Assembly (NCBI GenBank): GCA_030390025.1
Contig: CM059431.1
Location: 145,268,001 to 145,332,000, forward strand
Reading direction: 5' to 3'
Source: Squalus acanthias
Lineage: Eukaryota
DNA: 64,000 nucleotides
This document shows, one piece after another, positions 59,555 through 64,000 of this stretch. The translations under genes were made by a program, and so were the position numbers. Under the pieces are notes generated by a model, which saw only the letters and a program-made list of their open reading frames with translations, had not been told where the DNA came from and did not search any database. Positions within the stretch are counted from its first letter, which is position 1. Each line of letters opens with the position of its first letter.

Positions 59555-61783
59555 GTTAATTCAGAGACCATTGTCCAGAACTTAAATAAGGGCAACTTTG
59601 AGGGTATGAGGCTGAATTGCGAGGTTAGATTGGCAAGCGATATTTAAGTGGTTATCAGTGGAAGGGCAATGGCGGACATTTAAGATCGCATGGAAGACTA
59701 CAGCAATTGTACATCCCTGTCTGGTCATAAAATAAAAAAGGGAAGTTGGCTGAACCATGGGCTAACAAGGGAAATCAGGGATAGTATTAAAAGCAAGAAG
59801 TGGCATACAAATTTGGCCAGAAGTAGCAGCAAACCCGGGGACTGGGAGAACTTTAAAACTCAGCAGAGGAGGACTAGGGTTGATTAGGGCAGGGAAAATA
59901 AAATATGAAAGGAAGCTTGCGGAGACCATTAAACGTACTGCAAAAGCTTCTAATAAATATGTAAAAGGAAAGAGGTTATTAAAAACAAACGTAGGTCCCC
60001 TGCAGTCAGAAACAGGGAAGTCATAATGGGGAACAAAGAAATGGCAGATCAATTGAACAAGTACTTTGGTTCGGTGTTTACTGTGGAGGACACAAACAAC
60101 CTTCGGAAATAAAAGAGATCAAATGATCTGGTAAGAGGGAGGAGCTGAGGGAAATCCTTATCAGTCGGGAAAAGGTGTTGGGGGAAATTGATGGGACTGA
60201 AGGCTGATAAATCCCCAGGGCCTATGGTCTGCATCCCAGAGTACTTAAGGAGGTGGCCTTGGAAATAGTGGATGCATTGACGATCATTTCCAACATTCCT
60301 TAGACTCTGGATCAGTTCCGAAGGATTGGAGGGTGGCTAATGTAACCCCTCTTTTTAAAAAAGGAGGGAGGGAGAAAGCAGGGAATTATAGACCGGTCAG
60401 CCTGACATCGGTGGTGGTTAAAATGATGGAATCAATTATTAAAGATGTCATAACAGACCAGTTGGAAAGTGGCGACATGATAGGTCCAAGTCAGCATGGA
60501 TTTGTGAAAGGGAAATCATGCTTGACAAATCTTCTGGAATTTTTGAGGATGTTTCCCAATAGGGTGGACGGGGGGGAACCAGTAGATGTGGTGTATTTGG
60601 ACTTTCAGAAGGCCTTCGACAAGGTCCCACACAAGAGATTGGTGTGCAAAGTTAAAGCACATGGGCATTGGGGGTAATGTGTTGACGTGGATTGAGAACT
60701 GGTTGGCACACAGGAAACAAAGAGTAGGAGTAATGGGTACTTTTCAGAATGGCAGGCAGTGACCAGCGGGGTACCGCAGGTTCGGTGCTGGGGCCCCAGC
60801 TGTTTACATTATAATTCATGATTTGGACGAAGGGATTAATTGTAATATCTCCAAATTTGCGGATGACACTAAATTGGGAGGCAGTGTGCACAATGAGGAG
60901 GATGCTAGGAGGCTACAGAGTGAATTGGACAGGTTGGGTGAATGGGCAAATGTATGGCAGATGAAGTACAATGTGGATAAATGTGAGGTTATCCACTTTG
61001 GTGGTAAAAATAGGGAGGCAGACTATTACTTGAATGGTGGCAGATTAGGGAAAGGGGAGGTGCAACGAGACCTGGCGTCATGGTACATCAGTCACTGAAG
61101 GTGGGAAGGCAAGTGCAGCAGGCAGTCAAGAAAGGCAAATGGCATGATGGCCTTCATAGCAAGGGGATTTGAGTACAGGAGTAGAGAGGTGATGCTACAG
61201 TTGTACAGGGCCTTGGTGAGGCCACACCTGGAGTATTGTGTGCAGTTTTGGTCTCCTAACTTGAGGAAGGACATTCTTGCTATTGAGGGAGTGCAACGAA
61301 GGTTCACTAGATTGATTCCTGGGATGGCCAGACTGACATATCAAGAAAGACTGGATCAACTGAACTTGCATCCTCTGGAGTTCAGAGAATGAGGGGGGAA
61401 TCTTATAGAGACGTTTAAAATCCTGACTGGTTTAGACAAATTAGATGCGGGTAGAATGTTTCCAATGTTAGGGAAAACTAAAACCAGGGGTCACAGTCTA
61501 AGGATAAAGGGGAAGCCATTTAAGGAGTGAGATGAGGAGGAACTTCTTCATCCAGAGAGTGGTGAATGTGTGGAATTCTCTACACAGAAGGTTGTTGAGG
61601 CCAGTCGCTAAATATATTCAAAAGTGAGTTAGATATAATACTCACAACTAGGGCGATCAAGGGGTATGGCTAGAAAGCAGGAATGGGGTAACTGAGTAGA
61701 TGTTCAGCCATGAACGCATTAAATGGCGGTGCAGGCTCGAATACCGAATGGTCTACTCCTGCACCTATTTTCTATGTTCCTAA
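59555..61783 (+). mobile_element. 5'-truncated CR1 inserted in the Penelope pLTR
   Basis: [49 protein letters not shown]; 3' UTR ending ttctatgttccta. Confidence 0.9.
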
Positions 61784-64000
61784 GTTGCCATCTGCAGTTC
61801 AGCTTTAACTTTTTTTTGGTTCTTTGGTTTTTTTTGTGTTTTTTTAAAACTGGAAAGACCGACAACGATGTCGAGTCACGTTCTGTAGCGTGACATGAAA
61901 CCCGAAATCCTATTGAGGCCGTCCTCATGGGTGCGAACTTGGCTATCAGTTTCTGTTCGATGATTTTGCGTTGTCGTGTGTCTTGAAGGCCACCTTGGAG
62001 AACGCTAACCCGCGGATCCGAGGCTGAATGTCCTTGACTGCTTGAAGTGTTGCCCGACTGGGACGTAACAATCCTGCCTGGCGATTGTATGCGCAGTGTC
62101 CGTTCATACGTTGTCTCAGTGTCTGCATGGTCTCGCCGATGTACCATGCTCCAGGCATCCTTTCCTGCAACATAGAGGTAGGACATCGTTGGCCGAGTCA
62201 CATGAGTATGTACCATGTACCTGGTGGGTAGTGTCCTCACGGTGATATTGTATCTGTGTTGATGATCTGGCCTGTCTTGCAGAGGTTGCCGTGGCAGGGT
62301 TGTGTGGTGTTTTGGTCGCTGTTCTCCTGACAGCTGGGTAATTTGCTGTGAACTATGGTACTTTTGAGGTTAGGCGGCTGCTTGAAGGCGAGTAGTGGAG
62401 GGCATGGGGATGGCCTTAGCAAGGTGTTCGTCGTCATCGATGACATGTTGAAGGCTGCGAAGAACATGGCGAAGTTTCTCCGCTCCGGGGAAGTACTGGA
62501 CGACGTGGGTACTCTGTTGGTTGTGTCCCCGTGTTCGTCCTTCTGAGGAGGTCTATGCGGTTTTTCGCTGTGGCCCGTCGGAACTGTCGATTGACGAGTC
62601 GAGCGTCATATCCGTTCTTACGAGTGCGTCTTTCTGCGTCCGTAGGTGTCATGCGTTCCTCCTCGTCTGAGCAGATCCTGTGTATTCGCAGGGCTGTGTC
62701 CATGGGGATGGCTTCTTTAACGTGGTTAGGGTGGAAGCTGGAGATGTGGAGCATCGTGAGGTTGTCCGTGGGCTTGCGGTAGAGTGAAGTGCTGAGGTGT
62801 CCGTCTTTGATGGAGATTCGTATGTCCAAGAATGAAACCGATTCTGAGGAGTAGTCCATGGTGAGTTTGATGGTGGGATGGAACCTGTTGATGTTATCGT
62901 GTAGTCTTTCAGTGATCCTTCGCCGTGGGGCGAAAGGAAGAAAATGTCGTCGATGATCTGGTTGTACAGCGTTGGTTGGAGGTCCTGTGCAGCGAAGAAG
63001 TCTTGCTCGAACTTGTGCATGAAGAAATTGGCTATTGGCATGCGAATTTGGTCCCCATGCTGTTCGTGTGTTGGGTAAAAAACTGGTTGTCGAAGGTGAA
63101 GACATTGTGGTCAAGGATGAAGCGGATGAGTTGTAGGATGGCGTCTGGAGATTGGCTGTTGTTGGTGTTTGAGCACTGAGGCTGTCGCAGCGATGCCGTC
63201 CTCGTGGGGGATATTGGTGTAGAGTGCCGATACATCCATCGTGGTGAGGAGTGCTCCTGGTTCAACTGGTCCATGGGTGCTGAGTTTCTGCAAGAAGTCT
63301 GTAGTGTCGCGACAGAAGCTGGGGGTTCCCTGTACGATGGGTTTCAGGATGCCCTCGACGTACCCAGAGAGGTTCTCACACAGGGTTCCGTTGCCTCATA
63401 CGATAGGACGTCCGGGTGTGTTGGCTTTGTGTATCTTTGGGATGCAGTAGAAGTCTCCTACGCGGGGAGTACGTGGGATGAGAGCGCGTAGGATGTTTTG
63501 AAGGTCTGGATCGAAGGCCTTGATCAGTCTATTGAGTTGGCGGGTGTGTTCTTTGGTCGGATCTGCGGGTAACTGTCTGTAGTGTTCCTGGTTGTCCAGT
63601 TGTCGGAATGCTTCTTTGCAATAGTCCATTCTGTTCTGTATGACGATGGCTCCTCCTTTGTACGCTGGTTTGATGACAATGTTGCGGCTGGTCTTGAGAG
63701 CGTGGATGGCGTTGCGTTGTGCTCGGATGACATTCTGGACTGTCTTGTGTGCGGCTGATGAATCTGGCGTTGATGCATCTTCTGACAGCTTGAGCATACA
63801 TTTCAAGCTTAGCCCAGCGACCCTCCGGAGGGGTCCAATTTGACTCTTTCTTCTTCGGTTGCTGCACTGCGGTTCCCTCTGTCTGCTGTTCCGGATCATT
63901 GATTGTCTCATTGGGTTTGTTGCTGACATCTTGGGATTTGTGGTAGTATTCCCGGATCCTCATTCTACTGATGAATTACTCTGTGTCTGCCGCGAGACCG

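Larger units (their letters stand above)
59300..64000 (-). mobile_element. Second Penelope-like element (related subfamily), pLTR split by a CR1, runs off the window
   Basis: 59300-59557 matches pLTR 27430-27740; 61785-64000 matches ~27790-29970 (GIY-YIG and RT) with many indels. Confidence 0.9.

Overview
Eukaryotic, repeat-dominated genomic DNA, most likely from a cartilaginous fish. This is inferred from the CR1 LINE families, a Deu-type tRNA SINE, Neptune-like Penelope elements and the GPR139-like receptor type. One intact host gene is supported: a two-exon GPR139/GPR142-like class A GPCR (9853-9922 + 10368-11287, 329 aa), with a pseudogenised paralogue at about 24167-25068. The rest of the window comprises nested CR1 LINEs, SINEs, small MITEs, a dead PIF/Harbinger transposase with a convergent decayed partner region containing a 93-bp minisatellite, several minisatellites, a ~15-kb 55-bp satellite running into a 200-N gap, and two Penelope-like elements (RT + GIY-YIG). 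The pseudo-LTRs of these elements carry minimal hammerhead ribozyme motifs (4 copies, one with a compensatory stem change). The most notable items are the ribozyme-bearing Penelope insertion, whose inverted arm ends at the ribozyme core; the GPCR gene/pseudogene pair; and two orphan promoter-like motif clusters. I cannot claim a wholly new system from the sequence alone. All family assignments come from motif recognition, not database searches.
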